Assembly (NCBI GenBank): GCA_050253415.1
Contig: JBFWJC010000001.1
Location: 1,128,679 to 1,192,678 of the forward strand
Direction: 5' to 3'
Origin: Pedobacter sp.
GTDB taxonomy: Bacteria; Desulfobacterota; Desulfuromonadia; Desulfuromonadales; Syntrophotaleaceae
DNA length: 64,000 bases
Shown here: positions 38,334 to 49,057 of the stretch, in pieces
How positions within the stretch are numbered: the first letter of the stretch is position 1
Layout of the letters: each line of letters starts with the position of its first letter
Translations under genes and position numbers: made by a program
The notes under the pieces: model-generated
Told to the model about the DNA's origin: nothing
The model's database searches: none
Seen by the model: the letters and a program-made list of their open reading frames with translations, nothing else

Positions 38334-38494
38334 GCCTTTCTGTTTACCATTGGCCGCTCTCTGGTACAAGGGAAAAGGGGATCTTAAACAGCGCTATGTC
38401 TGAGGGGTTTTACACAACTATTACAATTGCCTGGGGCGCTTTCTGCTAATATGGGCCATACATTTGCAACGGCTTTACTCTTGGAGACATATAA

Positions 38495-39604
38495 ATGAAA
38501 GACACCGTTATTAAAAAACTGGTCATAGGTCGACATTCCTCCCCATTTCCGTTGGTGTTGGGCGGCATGGGCGTCAGGATTTCCGCTGGCAGGTTGGCCG
38601 GTCATGTAGCCCGCTGTGGCGGGTTCGGGACCGTGGCCGCCGCCGGGGTCGGCATTAACAGTCCTCACTATAACGGGCGTAATTTCTTTGCGGCGGATAT
38701 TCAGGCATTCAAGGACGAAATCCGCAAGGCTTATGCCATTGCCCCCGATGGAATCATCGGCGTCAACTGCATGGTGGCTGTGACCAACTATGACGATATG
38801 GTGCGGGCAGCCTGTGAGGCTGGCGCCAAGTTTATCGTCAGCGGTGCCGGCTTGCCCATGAGTCTGCCATCTCTTACGGTTGATTATCCCGATGTGGCCC
38901 TGATCCCTATCGTGTCCTCGGTGCGTGCCGCGCAGCTCATCGGACGTAAATGGAATCAGACTTATGGCCGGTTGCCCGATGCGGTGGTGGTGGAAGACCC
39001 TGATACCGCCGGGGGGCACCTGGGTGAAAAACCTGAAAATATCGGCATCGGTTGTTATGACCAGTATGAAACCGTACGCCAGGTCAAGGAGCATTTTCAG
39101 CAGGCATATGAAATCAACATGCCTGTAATCGCTGCTGGTGGAGTCTGGGACCGGAGGGACGTGCTGCATGCCTTGGCACAGGGGGCCGATGCCGTACAGA
39201 TGGCGAGTCGGTTTGTCTGCACCGAGGAGTGCGATGCCGAGCCTGCTTTTAAACAGGCCTATCTCGACTGTCGTCCCGAAGATATCGGGTTGATCATGAG
39301 CCCTGCCGGTTTGCCGGGGCGGGCGTTGGTTCGCAATATAGAGCAAGTTCGCCAGCGCGACCTGGATGCCGGTCTCGGTTGCGGGTGTGCGTGCCTCAAA
39401 AAATGCACCTACAAGGAAACCGGCGAGCGATTCTGCATTGTCGGTGCTTTGGATCGGGCGCAGCGGGGTGACGTTGACACAGGCTTGGTTTTCTGTGGTA
39501 CCAACGCCTGGAAGGCTGACCGCATTACCACGGTTCAGGCCATCTTTGACGAACTGTTCGCCCTGTCTGATCAGGTCGGTAGACCCCTGGCGGTCAATGG
39601 CTGA
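38495..39604 (+). CDS. Nitronate monooxygenase / FabK-like flavoprotein
   Basis: GGMGV.IS, SGAGLP, AGGHLG, IAAGG, SPAGLPGRA, C-terminal Cys cluster, FCG.N. Confidence 0.88.
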   Translation: MKDTVIKKLVIGRHSSPFPLVLGGMGVRISAGRLAGHVARCGGFGTVAAAGVGINSPHYNGRNFFAADIQAFKDEIRKAYAIAPDGIIGVNCMVAVTNYDDMVRAACEAGAKFIVSGAGLPMSLPSLTVDYPDVALIPIVSSVRAAQLIGRKWNQTYGRLPDAVVVEDPDTAGGHLGEKPENIGIGCYDQYETVRQVKEHFQQAYEINMPVIAAGGVWDRRDVLHALAQGADAVQMASRFVCTEECDAEPAFKQAYLDCRPEDIGLIMSPAGLPGRALVRNIEQVRQRDLDAGLGCGCACLKKCTYKETGERFCIVGALDRAQRGDVDTGLVFCGTNAWKADRITTVQAIFDELFALSDQVGRPLAVNG

Positions 39605-39627
39605 TAAGCCAAAATAAAAAAATGAAC

Positions 39628-39664
39628 AAAAACGGGGCGAGCTGTAGCGTGCCCCGTTTTTTTT
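39628..39664. terminator. Intrinsic terminator (A and T tracts on both sides)
   Basis: AAAAACGGGGC...GCCCCGTTTTTTTT. Confidence 0.8.
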
Positions 39665-39764
39665 ATGACCTTTTCCCGGGCACCTTACAGCATCGCTTGT
39701 CCCAAACCGGTATTGTGAGGTATCATCCCAAGATCATGTCTGTTTTTCCACCGGGAGCATATTG

Positions 39765-40859
39765 ATGAGTGATGCTGCACAATCATTTCTGCCCAAATGG
39801 ATCGCCTGGGAGAGCACGAGGCGTTGCAATCTGCAATGCATTCATTGCCGGTGCTCTTCTGACCTGAATGCGCCCGATGGGAATTTTAGTACTGCGGAGG
39901 CGTTCCGTCTTATCGATGATATCTGCAGTGTTTCCCGTCCGGTTCTGGTTTTATCCGGAGGGGAACCTCTGTTGCGCGAAGATATTTTTGATATCGCAGC
40001 CTACGGTACTGAGCAGGGGTTGCGCATGTGCATGGCTACCAATGGGACTCTGGTCACGGATAGCATCTGCCGTGCGATGAAATCCGCCGGCATACGCATG
40101 GTGTCCCTTTCTCTGGATGGCTCCAGCGCGCGTATTCATGATGATTTTCGGCACTGTCCCGGGGCTTTTGATGCCACAGTGCGGGCAGCCGATACCCTGC
40201 GCCGCAACGGAATACCGTTTCTGGTGAATTCCTCCTTTACGCAACGCAACAAGGCCGACATTGCCGCGACCTTCCAATTGGCCAAAAAGCTTGGGGCCGT
40301 GGCCTGGTATCTGTTCATGATCGTGCCGACCGGGCGGGGTGAGGATATACTGGACGAATTGATCAGCGGGTCGGATTATGAAGAGATTCTGGCCTGGCAT
40401 TACCGACAGGAGAGGGACGAACATGATATTCTTATGCGTCCGACCTGTGCGCCCCATTATTACCGAATTGCACCGCAACTGGCCCGCGCTGAAGGAGCCA
40501 GTCTAGAGAGACGCAGTTTGTCGTTTTCCACCGGTGGGAGCAAGGGCTGCCTGGCTGGACAAAGTATATGCTTTATCGATGCTTTTGGCGATCTCAAGCC
40601 ATGTTCCTATTTTCCGCGGGCCGTTGGCAATGTCAAACAGACCCCTTTTAGCCAGCTCTGGTTCGACTCTCCCTTGCTTAATGAATTGCGGGACTTCAGT
40701 GGTTACCGAGGCAAATGCGGCGTCTGTGAATATCTGCGGGTTTGCGGAGGTTGTCGCGCTCGGGCCGATGCCGTGTACGGTGACTATCTTGCGGAAGAAC
40801 CTTTTTGCAGCTATGTACCGCGCATGAACGGCGCAGTGAAGGACGAGACTCATGGATGA
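39765..40859 (+). CDS. Radical SAM/SPASM protein, AhbD (heme b synthase)-like
   Basis: [44 protein letters not shown], CxxC..CGGCRARA; upstream of hemE. Confidence 0.82.
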   Translation: MSDAAQSFLPKWIAWESTRRCNLQCIHCRCSSDLNAPDGNFSTAEAFRLIDDICSVSRPVLVLSGGEPLLREDIFDIAAYGTEQGLRMCMATNGTLVTDSICRAMKSAGIRMVSLSLDGSSARIHDDFRHCPGAFDATVRAADTLRRNGIPFLVNSSFTQRNKADIAATFQLAKKLGAVAWYLFMIVPTGRGEDILDELISGSDYEEILAWHYRQERDEHDILMRPTCAPHYYRIAPQLARAEGASLERRSLSFSTGGSKGCLAGQSICFIDAFGDLKPCSYFPRAVGNVKQTPFSQLWFDSPLLNELRDFSGYRGKCGVCEYLRVCGGCRARADAVYGDYLAEEPFCSYVPRMNGAVKDETHG

Positions 40860-41880
40860 GACTTACGATTTTATCAAGGCCTGTTACTGCCAGCCGGTGG
40901 CACGTACCCCGGTGTGGTTGATGCGGCAGGCCGGACGTTATCTCCCTCAATATCGTAAGATCAGGGAGGATGTAACCTTTCTGGAGTTGTGCAAAACTCC
41001 CGAACTGGCCGCCGAGGTGACGTTGCAACCGGTGGATGCCCTGGGTGTCGACGCCGCCATTTTATTTTCCGACATCCTTGTGCCCATCGAACCCATGGGA
41101 CAACGGCTGCATTACCGGCCGGCTCCCGTACTCGAACCGCCGATTCGTTCAGAGGCCGATGTGGCGGCTTTGCAAGTGCTGCAACCGGAGCAGGATGTTC
41201 CTTATGTGTTTGAAACCATTCGCCTGTTGCGGCGGGAATTGGCTGGTCGTGTTCCCCTGATAGGTTTCGGCGGTGCGCCCTTTACCCTGGCCTGCTACAT
41301 GGTCGAAGGAGCTGGTAGCCGGCATTTTCTGGCCCTTAAGCGTCTCATGTACCAGTGTCCTGCTATTTATGCGCAGCTGATGGATAAAATTACCGATTCC
41401 AGTATCCTCTATCTACGGGCCCAAGCCGAGGCTGGTGCGCAGGCTCTGCAGGTTTTTGACAGCTGGGGGGGGATCCTCTCTCCGGCTGATTACCAGAGGT
41501 ATGTGCTGCCTTACAGCCGTCGACTGCTGGCGGCGCTGGCAGATCTCGGAGTGCCTCTTATTCACTTCGTTAAAGGGGCCGGAAATATGCTTGATCTGGT
41601 TGCCAGTGCCGGCGGTCAGGTTGTTGGCCTTGACTGGTGTATAGGTTTAAATAAGGCCAGGGATATTCTCGGCGGCCAAATGGCCGTGCAGGGCAATCTC
41701 GATCCCTCCGTTTTGCTGGGCGACCAGACGATTATCGAACGCGAGGTGCTGCGTATCCTGAATGAAAATGCCGGTCGCCCCGGGCATATTTTTAATCTTG
41801 GGCATGGTATTCTTCCCGAGGTTCCGCCGGAGAACGCAGCGTTTCTTGTTGATTGTGTTCATCGTCTGAGCCAGCATTGA
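40852..41880 (+). CDS. hemE: Uroporphyrinogen decarboxylase
   Basis: [41 protein letters not shown]. Confidence 0.97.
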   Translation: MDETYDFIKACYCQPVARTPVWLMRQAGRYLPQYRKIREDVTFLELCKTPELAAEVTLQPVDALGVDAAILFSDILVPIEPMGQRLHYRPAPVLEPPIRSEADVAALQVLQPEQDVPYVFETIRLLRRELAGRVPLIGFGGAPFTLACYMVEGAGSRHFLALKRLMYQCPAIYAQLMDKITDSSILYLRAQAEAGAQALQVFDSWGGILSPADYQRYVLPYSRRLLAALADLGVPLIHFVKGAGNMLDLVASAGGQVVGLDWCIGLNKARDILGGQMAVQGNLDPSVLLGDQTIIEREVLRILNENAGRPGHIFNLGHGILPEVPPENAAFLVDCVHRLSQH

Positions 41881-41924
41881 CGGAGCGTGGCATGACACGC
41901 ACGGTATGGCAGACCGAAGTCTGT

Positions 41925-42944
41925 ATGGCTGAAAAAACCGCACTCGTGTTGCTAAACATGGGGGGGCCGGACTCTCTGGAGTCGGTGCAGCCATTTCTGC
42001 GGAACCTGTTTTCCGATCGGGAATTGATTCGCCTGCCAGGGGGGGCTTTGTTGCAGCGTCCCTTTGCCAGTCTGATGTCACGCTTGCGCGGAGAAAAGGC
42101 GCGGCGCGCCTACGCCGCGATTGGTGGTTCGTCCCCTCTGCGTTACTGGACTGAGAGGCAGGCTGAGGGTATCAGTCAGTTGCTGGGGGATTCTTGGCAG
42201 CCGGAAGTCATCATGCGCTATTGGCAGCCTCGAGGAATGGATGTTTTGACCCGTTTGAGGCTCAAGGGGGTAAGGCGTGCCATGGTATTGTCGTTGTATC
42301 CGCACTTTACATCGGCTACCGGGGGCAGCAGTATTAATGATTTTTGCCGGAATGCGGTACGCTTCTGTCCGGAACTCGATTACCGTCTGATCCCGCAGTG
42401 GTTCGATTGGCCGCCGTATCTCGACATTTTGACACACCATGTACGGGAAGGTTTACGACGGTTTAAGGCCGAGCACCGTCGGCAGGTTGTGGTGTTGTTC
42501 AGTGCCCATGCTCTGCCTGAAAAACTCATTCTGGACGGCGATCCTTATCTTGATCAGGTGCGTGCCACCATGCGGGGAGTGTTGGATCGTTTGCCGAAGT
42601 GCGATGCCAGGCTTGCCTTTCAAAGTCGTAGCGGTCCGGTGCGCTGGATTGGGCCGAGCGTTACCGAAACTCTTGACGCATTGGTGGCGGAAGGTTGCAA
42701 GGCGGTGCTGGTTGTTCCGATCTCTTTTGTGTCCGATCATATCGAGACGCTGCATGAAATCGACCATGGGTACCGGGATTATGCTCTGCAACGAGGAATG
42801 GTGCAGTTTGAGCGTATTGCCGCTTTTAATGATGATCCCGGGTTTATTCGCGCCATGGCGTCCCTGGTGGCCTCTCGCGTCCCTGCTCCTTGGCGGGAAC
42901 GCCGTCGGAAACAAAACGGCGTCCCCTGTCAGGAGGCGCCGTAA
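41925..42944 (+). CDS. hemH: Ferrochelatase
   Basis: LLNMGGP, Y..IGG.SPL, LYPHF, FSAHALP, FQSR.GP..W.GP, FVSDHIETL.EID; start may be 41892. Confidence 0.93.
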   Translation: MAEKTALVLLNMGGPDSLESVQPFLRNLFSDRELIRLPGGALLQRPFASLMSRLRGEKARRAYAAIGGSSPLRYWTERQAEGISQLLGDSWQPEVIMRYWQPRGMDVLTRLRLKGVRRAMVLSLYPHFTSATGGSSINDFCRNAVRFCPELDYRLIPQWFDWPPYLDILTHHVREGLRRFKAEHRRQVVVLFSAHALPEKLILDGDPYLDQVRATMRGVLDRLPKCDARLAFQSRSGPVRWIGPSVTETLDALVAEGCKAVLVVPISFVSDHIETLHEIDHGYRDYALQRGMVQFERIAAFNDDPGFIRAMASLVASRVPAPWRERRRKQNGVPCQEAP

Positions 42945-42981
42945 ATGTCAGCGATATACAAAAGCGATGTCTGCGGGTAGC

Positions 42982-43872
42982 TTAGAGACCGGTTTCTGCA
43001 AGTTTCTCAAGTAGCTCTTTCTGTTCGTTGGTGATTTTTTTAGGCACGGCAATTTCGATAATTGCAAACAGGTCCCCAGCCTTATTACGACCGTGCGCCG
43101 GTACTCCGAACCCTTTCAATCGGAGTTTTCCGCCGCTGGCTATGCCGGCGGGAACCTTGACCCGTTTTTCTTCGTTCAGGGTTGCAACCTCTACGGTGGT
43201 ACCCAGGCAAGCGCCGCTGAAAGGAATTTGTACCGTCACATAGAGGTCACGGCCCTCGCGGGTGAAGCGGCTATCCGGATCGACCTTGATCTCCAGGAAC
43301 AGATCGCCGCGTGGCCCACCTGTGGGGCTTGAGCCACCCTTGCCGGCAACCCGCAATCGCTGTCCCGATTCGACGCCTGGTGGAATATTGACCTGCAGGT
43401 GTTCAACGCCATCCTCTCCGCGAAAGTCGACGCGCCGCTGGTCCCCAAGAACCGCCTGGCGGAAAGGTAGGTTGAGGTGCATGACATAATCCTGGCCCTT
43501 GACCGCGCGAGGTCGGCCGCCCTGGAAAAATGACTGCCCTCGGCCTCCACCGAACACGCGACCGAAAATATCATTGGTGTCGAAGCCGAATTCGCGGAAC
43601 ATATCACCGACATCGAAGTTACGGTAGATATCTTCCTGGCTGAAGCGTTGGTGAAAGCCTGATTCGCCAAACTGGTCATACTGGCGGCGTTTGTCGGCAT
43701 CGGAAAGAACGGCGTAAGCTTCCGTGATCTCCTTGAAATGCTCCTCGGCCTGCTTGTCACCAGGGTTCTTGTCCGGGTGATATTTAAGTGCAAGTTTGCG
43801 GTAAGCCTTTTTGATCGTATCGGTATCGGCGTCTTTGCCGACGCCCAAAATGGCATAGTAGTCTTTGGCCAT
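42982..43872 (-). CDS. DnaJ-class chaperone lacking Zn finger (CbpA-like)
   Basis: [18 protein letters not shown] region, C-terminal DnaJ domains; GGAG RBS. Confidence 0.92.
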   Translation of the reverse strand: MAKDYYAILGVGKDADTDTIKKAYRKLALKYHPDKNPGDKQAEEHFKEITEAYAVLSDADKRRQYDQFGESGFHQRFSQEDIYRNFDVGDMFREFGFDTNDIFGRVFGGGRGQSFFQGGRPRAVKGQDYVMHLNLPFRQAVLGDQRRVDFRGEDGVEHLQVNIPPGVESGQRLRVAGKGGSSPTGGPRGDLFLEIKVDPDSRFTREGRDLYVTVQIPFSGACLGTTVEVATLNEEKRVKVPAGIASGGKLRLKGFGVPAHGRNKAGDLFAIIEIAVPKKITNEQKELLEKLAETGL

Positions 43873-44001
43873 GATTTCTCCTGAGTGAAAAGTCAATATC
43901 AGCTTAGGTAATATAAGTAGCTCAAGGGGGCGCGTCAAGGTATCCGTTTCGCAGGCAGGGCAGTGAACCATTGTAACGCTTGAATGTAGAAGGGATCTCC
44001 A

Positions 44002-45408
44002 ATGAAAATAACCGTTGTCGGAGCTGGGATTTCCGGCCTTGCCACGGCCTTTGCAATCGAGCAGGGTGCACGACAGCTCGGATTGGATGTGACGCTCGAT
44101 ATTTTCGAAAAAAATGACTGTCCCGGTGGCAAGATTCGCTCCGAAAAGGTGGGTGGTTATCTGTGTGAGTGGGGGCCCAATGGCTTTCTCGATAGTAAGC
44201 CAATGACCCTCGATCTGTGTCGCGAGGCCGATCTGGCGGCACAGTTGCTGCGCTCCAACGATGCGGCCCGTAAACGTTTTATTTTCTCCGGTGACAGTCT
44301 GCAGCGGGTACCCGAGTCGGCGTCGGATTTTTTTCGATCTTCCCTGGTGTCATGGCCTGGTAAATTGCGTCTGGCAGCGGAATTGGCCGTGCCGCGTCGC
44401 AAAGACGGTGTGGACGAGACTCTTGCCGATTTTGTACGCCGGAGACTGGGGCGTGAGGCACTCGATCAAATGGTCGGGCCCATGGCTTCCGGCATCTTTG
44501 CCGGAGATCCGGAGACCATGAGTCTGCGCAGTTGTTTTCCCCGTATTTATGAGCTGGAACAGCAATACGGCGGGCTGATACGTGCGCTGTTACTGTTGGC
44601 AAGGCAGAAGCGTATTGAACGTCGGGCCGGCAAGACTGTTGCCGGGGCAGCTGGCCCAGGTGGAATCCTTACCTCCTTTGTCGGGGGGATACAAGAGTTA
44701 ACCGATGGGCTGGCCCGGCACCTCGAAGGGAGCCTGCGCCTTGGCGATGCGGTGGCGTCGATCACGCCGTCGAAAGAAGGTTTTTCTCTTCGTACCCGGG
44801 GAGGACGTGTCCATGAAACCGAGGTTCTGATATCTGCCGTGCCGGCCATGGTACTGGCTTCACAAGTGGAATCTTTCTCGGTCGGTATGGCAGAACAATT
44901 GAGACAGATACCCTACGCTCCGCTGCACGTGGTATGTTTTGGATATAAACGTGAATCCGTACCGAGGGAGGTTGACGGATTCGGTTACCTTGCAGCGCAA
45001 GGTTCTGGATTGCATAGTCTCGGAACTTTATGGTCTTCCAGTATTTTCCCGGGAAGGGCCCCCGAGGGTCATGTGTTGCTGCGGACCATGCTTGGCGGTG
45101 CGACGCGGCCCGAGTCGGCAAATCTTAGCTGCGACGAAGTTCAGCAGCGTGTCCAGGATGATTTGCGGCGCACAATGGATATAAAGCAACTGCCTGAATT
45201 TGTAAATATAATCCGCCATACAGCGGCTATTCCTCAATATGTGTCCGGTCATACAGAGCGTCTGAGATCCCTTGAAGATCGCGCGCTGGAATATCCGGGG
45301 CTGATTCTTGTCGGTAATGCGTTTTATGGTGTCGGCCTTAATGATTGCGTCGCTGCCGCTAATCGCGCTGCAAAACGTGTGCTTGCGCTGTTGCAGAAGC
45401 GCAGATAG
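44002..45408 (+). CDS. hemY: HemY-type (copro/proto)porphyrinogen oxidase
   Basis: [43 protein letters not shown]. Confidence 0.93.
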   Translation: MKITVVGAGISGLATAFAIEQGARQLGLDVTLDIFEKNDCPGGKIRSEKVGGYLCEWGPNGFLDSKPMTLDLCREADLAAQLLRSNDAARKRFIFSGDSLQRVPESASDFFRSSLVSWPGKLRLAAELAVPRRKDGVDETLADFVRRRLGREALDQMVGPMASGIFAGDPETMSLRSCFPRIYELEQQYGGLIRALLLLARQKRIERRAGKTVAGAAGPGGILTSFVGGIQELTDGLARHLEGSLRLGDAVASITPSKEGFSLRTRGGRVHETEVLISAVPAMVLASQVESFSVGMAEQLRQIPYAPLHVVCFGYKRESVPREVDGFGYLAAQGSGLHSLGTLWSSSIFPGRAPEGHVLLRTMLGGATRPESANLSCDEVQQRVQDDLRRTMDIKQLPEFVNIIRHTAAIPQYVSGHTERLRSLEDRALEYPGLILVGNAFYGVGLNDCVAAANRAAKRVLALLQKRR

Positions 45409-45458
45409 TATGCGGTTATACTCATAGCTTTGTGATCCTCCATTTAACTTTTGCTTTC

Positions 45459-45474
45459 CGGCATGGCATTTGCT
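45459..45474 (+). promoter_or_regulatory. Candidate sigma54 promoter upstream of rbgA
   Basis: CGGCAT-GGCAT-TTGCT with GG-N10-GC spacing. Confidence 0.45.
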
Positions 45475-45544
45475 GTCCAATGGGAGGCAATAAACAAAAG
45501 GCCTGTCAGTGATACGATAGTCAGGTCATGTAGTGAGAATATTG

Positions 45545-46387
45545 ATGATCAAGTGGTTTCCAGGACATATGCACAGTGCTCGGAAGCAGATTTCCGAGGC
45601 TATGCCGAAAATCGACCTTGTTATTGAGGTGCTTGATGCGCGACTGCCGCTGGCCAGCAGTAATGCGCTTTTGACCGAATTGCGTGGTACCAAGCCCTGT
45701 ATAAAGGTTTTAAACAAAAGTGATTTGGCCGACCCTGCGGTCACGGCAGAGTGGGTGCGTTATTTTGAAAATAGCGACAAGGGGATTAAGGCCCTTGCCA
45801 TAACTGCAACGGGGAAGGGCGAGGCGACACGACTGACCCGTCTGAGTCGTAGTCTGGTGCCTCATCGTGGTGGTCCCGGCAAACCCTTACGTATACTCAT
45901 CGTCGGGATTCCCAATGTGGGAAAATCGACCCTTATCAATACGTTGTGCGGGCGCAGAATTGCCAAGGTCGGGGATAGGCCTGCCATTACCCGGAGTTCT
46001 CAGCAAGTCGATTTGCGCAACGGGATCTTCCTGTACGATACTCCGGGGGTGCTGGCGCCCAATCTTGAAGATCAGCGGGGAGCTATGTGTCTGGCCGTCA
46101 CAGGGGCTATCGGGGACAATGCGATGGATCACGAGCAGGTTGCGGCTTTTGCCGGCGATTTTTTACTGGAGCGTTATCCCCAGCAGCTTGTCGAACGTTA
46201 TAAGTTGAAGACTGTGCCGGAAAATGGTGCGTTTCTCATCGAAGAAGTTGGTCGTCGCCGGGGCTGTCTGGCCCCCGGTGGTGTCGTCGATAGGCAACGA
46301 GCTGCCGAGCTTTTGCTGAACGATTTGCAAGGTGGTCGTCTGGGGCGCCTTAGTATGGAAACCCAGTCTGATATCGTAGAAGAATAA
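45545..46387 (+). CDS. rbgA: Ribosome biogenesis GTPase YlqF/RbgA
   Basis: I.WFPGHM, DAR.P, NKSDLAD, GIPNVGKSTLIN, DTPG. Confidence 0.95.
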   Translation: MIKWFPGHMHSARKQISEAMPKIDLVIEVLDARLPLASSNALLTELRGTKPCIKVLNKSDLADPAVTAEWVRYFENSDKGIKALAITATGKGEATRLTRLSRSLVPHRGGPGKPLRILIVGIPNVGKSTLINTLCGRRIAKVGDRPAITRSSQQVDLRNGIFLYDTPGVLAPNLEDQRGAMCLAVTGAIGDNAMDHEQVAAFAGDFLLERYPQQLVERYKLKTVPENGAFLIEEVGRRRGCLAPGGVVDRQRAAELLLNDLQGGRLGRLSMETQSDIVEE

Positions 46388-46550
46388 GCATTTTTGGCGG
46401 AATCCGCACCCTCTTCGCCATGAACGACATACGGTGCAGAAGGAGAATCTAGGCCGGGTCTAATAAAACATATTTACAAGCCATGTATGCCAAAGGTAGT
46501 CTGACCATCTATTGATTCAAACAGTCATTTTTACGCATGGAGGTTATGCA

Positions 46551-47261
46551 ATGAAACGTACAATGAAAAATTCCCTGGCCTTTGCGGCTGCGTTGCTCGT
46601 GATTGGCGGATGTACCGGCAAAGAGCAGGCTGCTGTGAAGATGGAATCACTCCAGGACAAGGTAAGCTACGGGATAGGGTTGCGCATCGGGCGGGATTTC
46701 AAAACGCAACAGGTTGAGTTGAATCCAGATCTTCTTCTTAAAGGCATTGAAGACGGTTTGGCTGGCACCGACCCCTTGTTGAATGATGAACAGATTCGGG
46801 AAACCATGGTTGCTTTTCAACAGGAAATGATGGCTCGCGAAAAGACCCGCCTTGAAGAAGCAACCGTCAAAAATGCGGAAGCTGGCAAAAAATACATGGA
46901 AGAAAACGCTGCAAAAGAGGGCGTTGTCACCTTGCCCAGCGGTTTGCAGTACAAGGTCCTCACTGAAGGCACCGGCAAACAACCTACGGCCAGCGATATC
47001 GTTAAGGTTCATTATCGTGGGACTTTGGTTGATGGCACGGAATTCGATAGTTCCTACTCGCGCAATGAACCTGCCGAATTCCCCGTTGGTGGCGTCATCC
47101 CGGGCTGGACGGAAGCTCTGCAACTTATGAAGGAAGGTTCAAAGTGGCAACTGGTGTTGCCCCCGGCTCTGGCGTATGGAGAGCGGGGAGCTGGTCCGAG
47201 TATTGGCCCCAATGCTACTCTGGTTTTTGAAGTAGAACTGCTGGAAGTTAAGGCTCAGTAA
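46551..47261 (+). CDS. FKBP-type peptidyl-prolyl isomerase (Mip/FklB-like), probable lipoprotein
   Basis: Lipobox-like IGGC, SYGIG, SGLQY, HYRG, FDSS, VIPGW.EAL, LAYG; GGAGG RBS. Confidence 0.95.
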   Translation: MKRTMKNSLAFAAALLVIGGCTGKEQAAVKMESLQDKVSYGIGLRIGRDFKTQQVELNPDLLLKGIEDGLAGTDPLLNDEQIRETMVAFQQEMMAREKTRLEEATVKNAEAGKKYMEENAAKEGVVTLPSGLQYKVLTEGTGKQPTASDIVKVHYRGTLVDGTEFDSSYSRNEPAEFPVGGVIPGWTEALQLMKEGSKWQLVLPPALAYGERGAGPSIGPNATLVFEVELLEVKAQ

Positions 47262-47311
47262 AACGCGCCTTGCATTTCTTGTGCGCTAGGCGGGTGATCC
47301 GCCAAGAATTT

Positions 47312-47360
47312 AAACAAGCAAAACCCCCGGATCAAATCTGCCGGGGGTTTTGCTTGTTTT
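47312..47360. terminator. Strong terminator with 19-bp perfect stem
   Basis: AAACAAGCAAAACCCCCGG-N10-CCGGGGGTTTTGCTTGTTT. Confidence 0.85.
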
Positions 47361-47506
47361 GGGTGTTCGCTCGTTGGGAGTGTGGGGCTACGGTAGAGCC
47401 TGGAAGGTCTGCAGCGAATAAACTGTATCAGGTTAAACCGTGAATGGGCTCGTTAAGGTGTTTTCGTTCTATTTTGAAAAATCCATTACTTGAAAGCGTT
47501 TAAGGC

Positions 47507-47535
47507 TTGCAATTAAAATTTTTCCGTGATAGGGT
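47507..47535 (+). promoter_or_regulatory. Candidate sigma70 promoter, csp copy 1
   Basis: TTGCAA-N17-TAGGGT with extended TG; positionally equivalent to the copy-2 promoter. Confidence 0.5.
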
Positions 47536-47542
47536 GCCCTCA

Positions 47543-47696
47543 CTTAAGAAAGTTTGTGTGAATCTTGAGTCGTTCACCAGGTTGACAAGGTGTCAGTCTG
47601 GATCAAAAACACAGGCCTGAATGGGCGTGTGTTTTTGTTTTTTTGACGAGCGGAATTTGCGCAGAAAAATCCCCACAGGGGAACATGGAGAAAAAA
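47543..47696 (+). promoter_or_regulatory. Conserved structured 5' leader, csp copy 1
   Basis: Homologous to 49058-49217; the same predicted stems form in both copies. Confidence 0.7.
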
Positions 47697-47897
47697 ATGG
47701 CAGAAGGTACAGTAAAATGGTTTAACGACGCAAAAGGTTTTGGTTTTATCGAGCAGGACAACGGACCCGATGTGTTTGTTCATTTTTCCGAAATTCAGGG
47801 TGAAGGTTTTAAATCCCTCGCCGAAGGCGACCGCGTAAGCTTTGAGGTGACCCAGGGTCAAAAAGGCCCCCAGTCATCCAATGTACGCAAAATCTAA
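47697..47897 (+). CDS. Cold-shock protein (CspA family), copy 1
   Basis: 66 aa; [12 protein letters not shown] (RNP1), DVFVHFS (RNP2). Confidence 0.97.
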   Translation: MAEGTVKWFNDAKGFGFIEQDNGPDVFVHFSEIQGEGFKSLAEGDRVSFEVTQGQKGPQSSNVRKI

Positions 47898-47918
47898 GTA
47901 ATATTTGCATCAATTTGT

Positions 47919-47957
47919 AAAAGAGCCCCGCGAGAATTCGCGGGGCTCTTTTTTTTT
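47919..47957 (+). terminator. Intrinsic terminator, csp copy 1
   Basis: AAAAGAGCCCCGCGA-GAAT-TCGCGGGGCTCTTTTTTTTT. Confidence 0.9.
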
Positions 47958-48125
47958 GCCGTTTACACAGATATGCCTATTTACGGGGTCCGGATAAAAT
48001 AAGTCATTAAACATCGCGCCAAACATTGTCAATGCAGGAAGACAAGAGGAGGTGGATGCAAGTGGTATGTGAAGAGCAGGGCGGTCTTAGCGAGGGGGGT
48101 GCGTCAAAACAAAAGTAGCGATCGG

Positions 48126-48530
48126 TTACTTGCAGCGCATGGTTTTTTTGCCATCCTCAAATAATACCTCCATTTTTTGTGCTCCGATAACACGTTGTAC
48201 CAGACCCAGTCCGAAAACAGGATGATTTATGAGGGCTTTGACCTTGTAGGAATCTGTCATGGAATAGTCTGATGCTTTAGCGCTATTCATGGTTTCCTGC
48301 AAGATTACCCACTCCTGGTGCTCTGCATCTTTGAGTTGGTCTGCTCGGCTCACAGCAGGTTTTTTTATTGCCGATGGTGGCCGATATTTGTGCTGACGAT
48401 TGCAAACGGTGCATTGCACTTTATCGGGGCCGGTTTCGGACATGGTGATGATGATGTGGGAATTGTTTTTGCGACATTTGGTGCAGCGGGCTTCGATTGA
48501 GTCGCCGGCCGAAAGCGTAGTGCTTTGCAT
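48126..48530 (-). CDS. Hypothetical protein: N-terminal Zn ribbon plus C-terminal Tudor/SH3-like domain
   Basis: CTKC...CTVC..HKYR; C-terminal INHPVFGLGLV..KMEVLFEDGKKTM; AAGGAG RBS. Confidence 0.8.
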   Translation of the reverse strand: MQSTTLSAGDSIEARCTKCRKNNSHIIITMSETGPDKVQCTVCNRQHKYRPPSAIKKPAVSRADQLKDAEHQEWVILQETMNSAKASDYSMTDSYKVKALINHPVFGLGLVQRVIGAQKMEVLFEDGKKTMRCK

Positions 48531-49020
48531 AGCGGTACTCCTTTGCTTGACTTTAGCCAAGCTATTTCCGGTAAATACCAGGGAGATCGCTGGATTTTAC
48601 AGGATGGCATAACACGTGGCGTGGCTTAATTCGCAGCGCACATCCACTGAGGCTCTTCGCTTCGCAACGCTATCTCCTTGCAAATGGAAGGACGGTGGGG
48701 CTTTAGCAGTTGAATATTAAATCAATCTGCATCATATACCTTTGCCGGGATAAAAGATACCCAGTGCTAAAATCTTGTTGTATATCGTATTTAAATAGTC
48801 AAAAAATGTTATGAGTTGTGACCATGAGTGGTTTTTTCAGTATGAAAAATAATGTCGAAGTGCTGTTTTAGTTGGTTGTAAAGAGGGGGGGAGGAGCGCT
48901 GCATGCAGCATTGTTTCGCTTGCTATAACGAATATTCCAGATGAGTCACGCACAAGGCAAACTGGTTATCCGATGCAGGGGGATGATCTGGATATTTATT
49001 GCTTGCATGACATTTAAGCC

Positions 49021-49050
49021 TTGCTCTTTCTTTCCCTGCTGTGTTACAGT
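49021..49050 (+). promoter_or_regulatory. Candidate sigma70 promoter, csp copy 2
   Basis: TTGCTC-N18-TACAGT with extended TG. Confidence 0.5.
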
Positions 49051-49057
49051 TACCGAA

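Noticed and set aside
38384..39346. 320-aa antisense ORF
   Set aside because: Shadow of the nitronate-monooxygenase-like gene. The same applies to the other antisense or alternate-frame ORFs overlapping well-supported genes.
47582..47596. TTGACA in both csp leaders as a -35 box
   Set aside because: No -10 box at the correct spacing; better explained as one arm of the TTGACA-AGG-TGTCA hairpin.
48945..48990. GTCACGCACAAGGCAAAC resembles the 5' end of a c-di-GMP-I (GEMM) riboswitch
   Set aside because: No GNRA tetraloop, no following GACGCAAAGCC-type segment or P3 stem, and it lies upstream of the csp promoter; probably chance. An Infernal scan would settle it.
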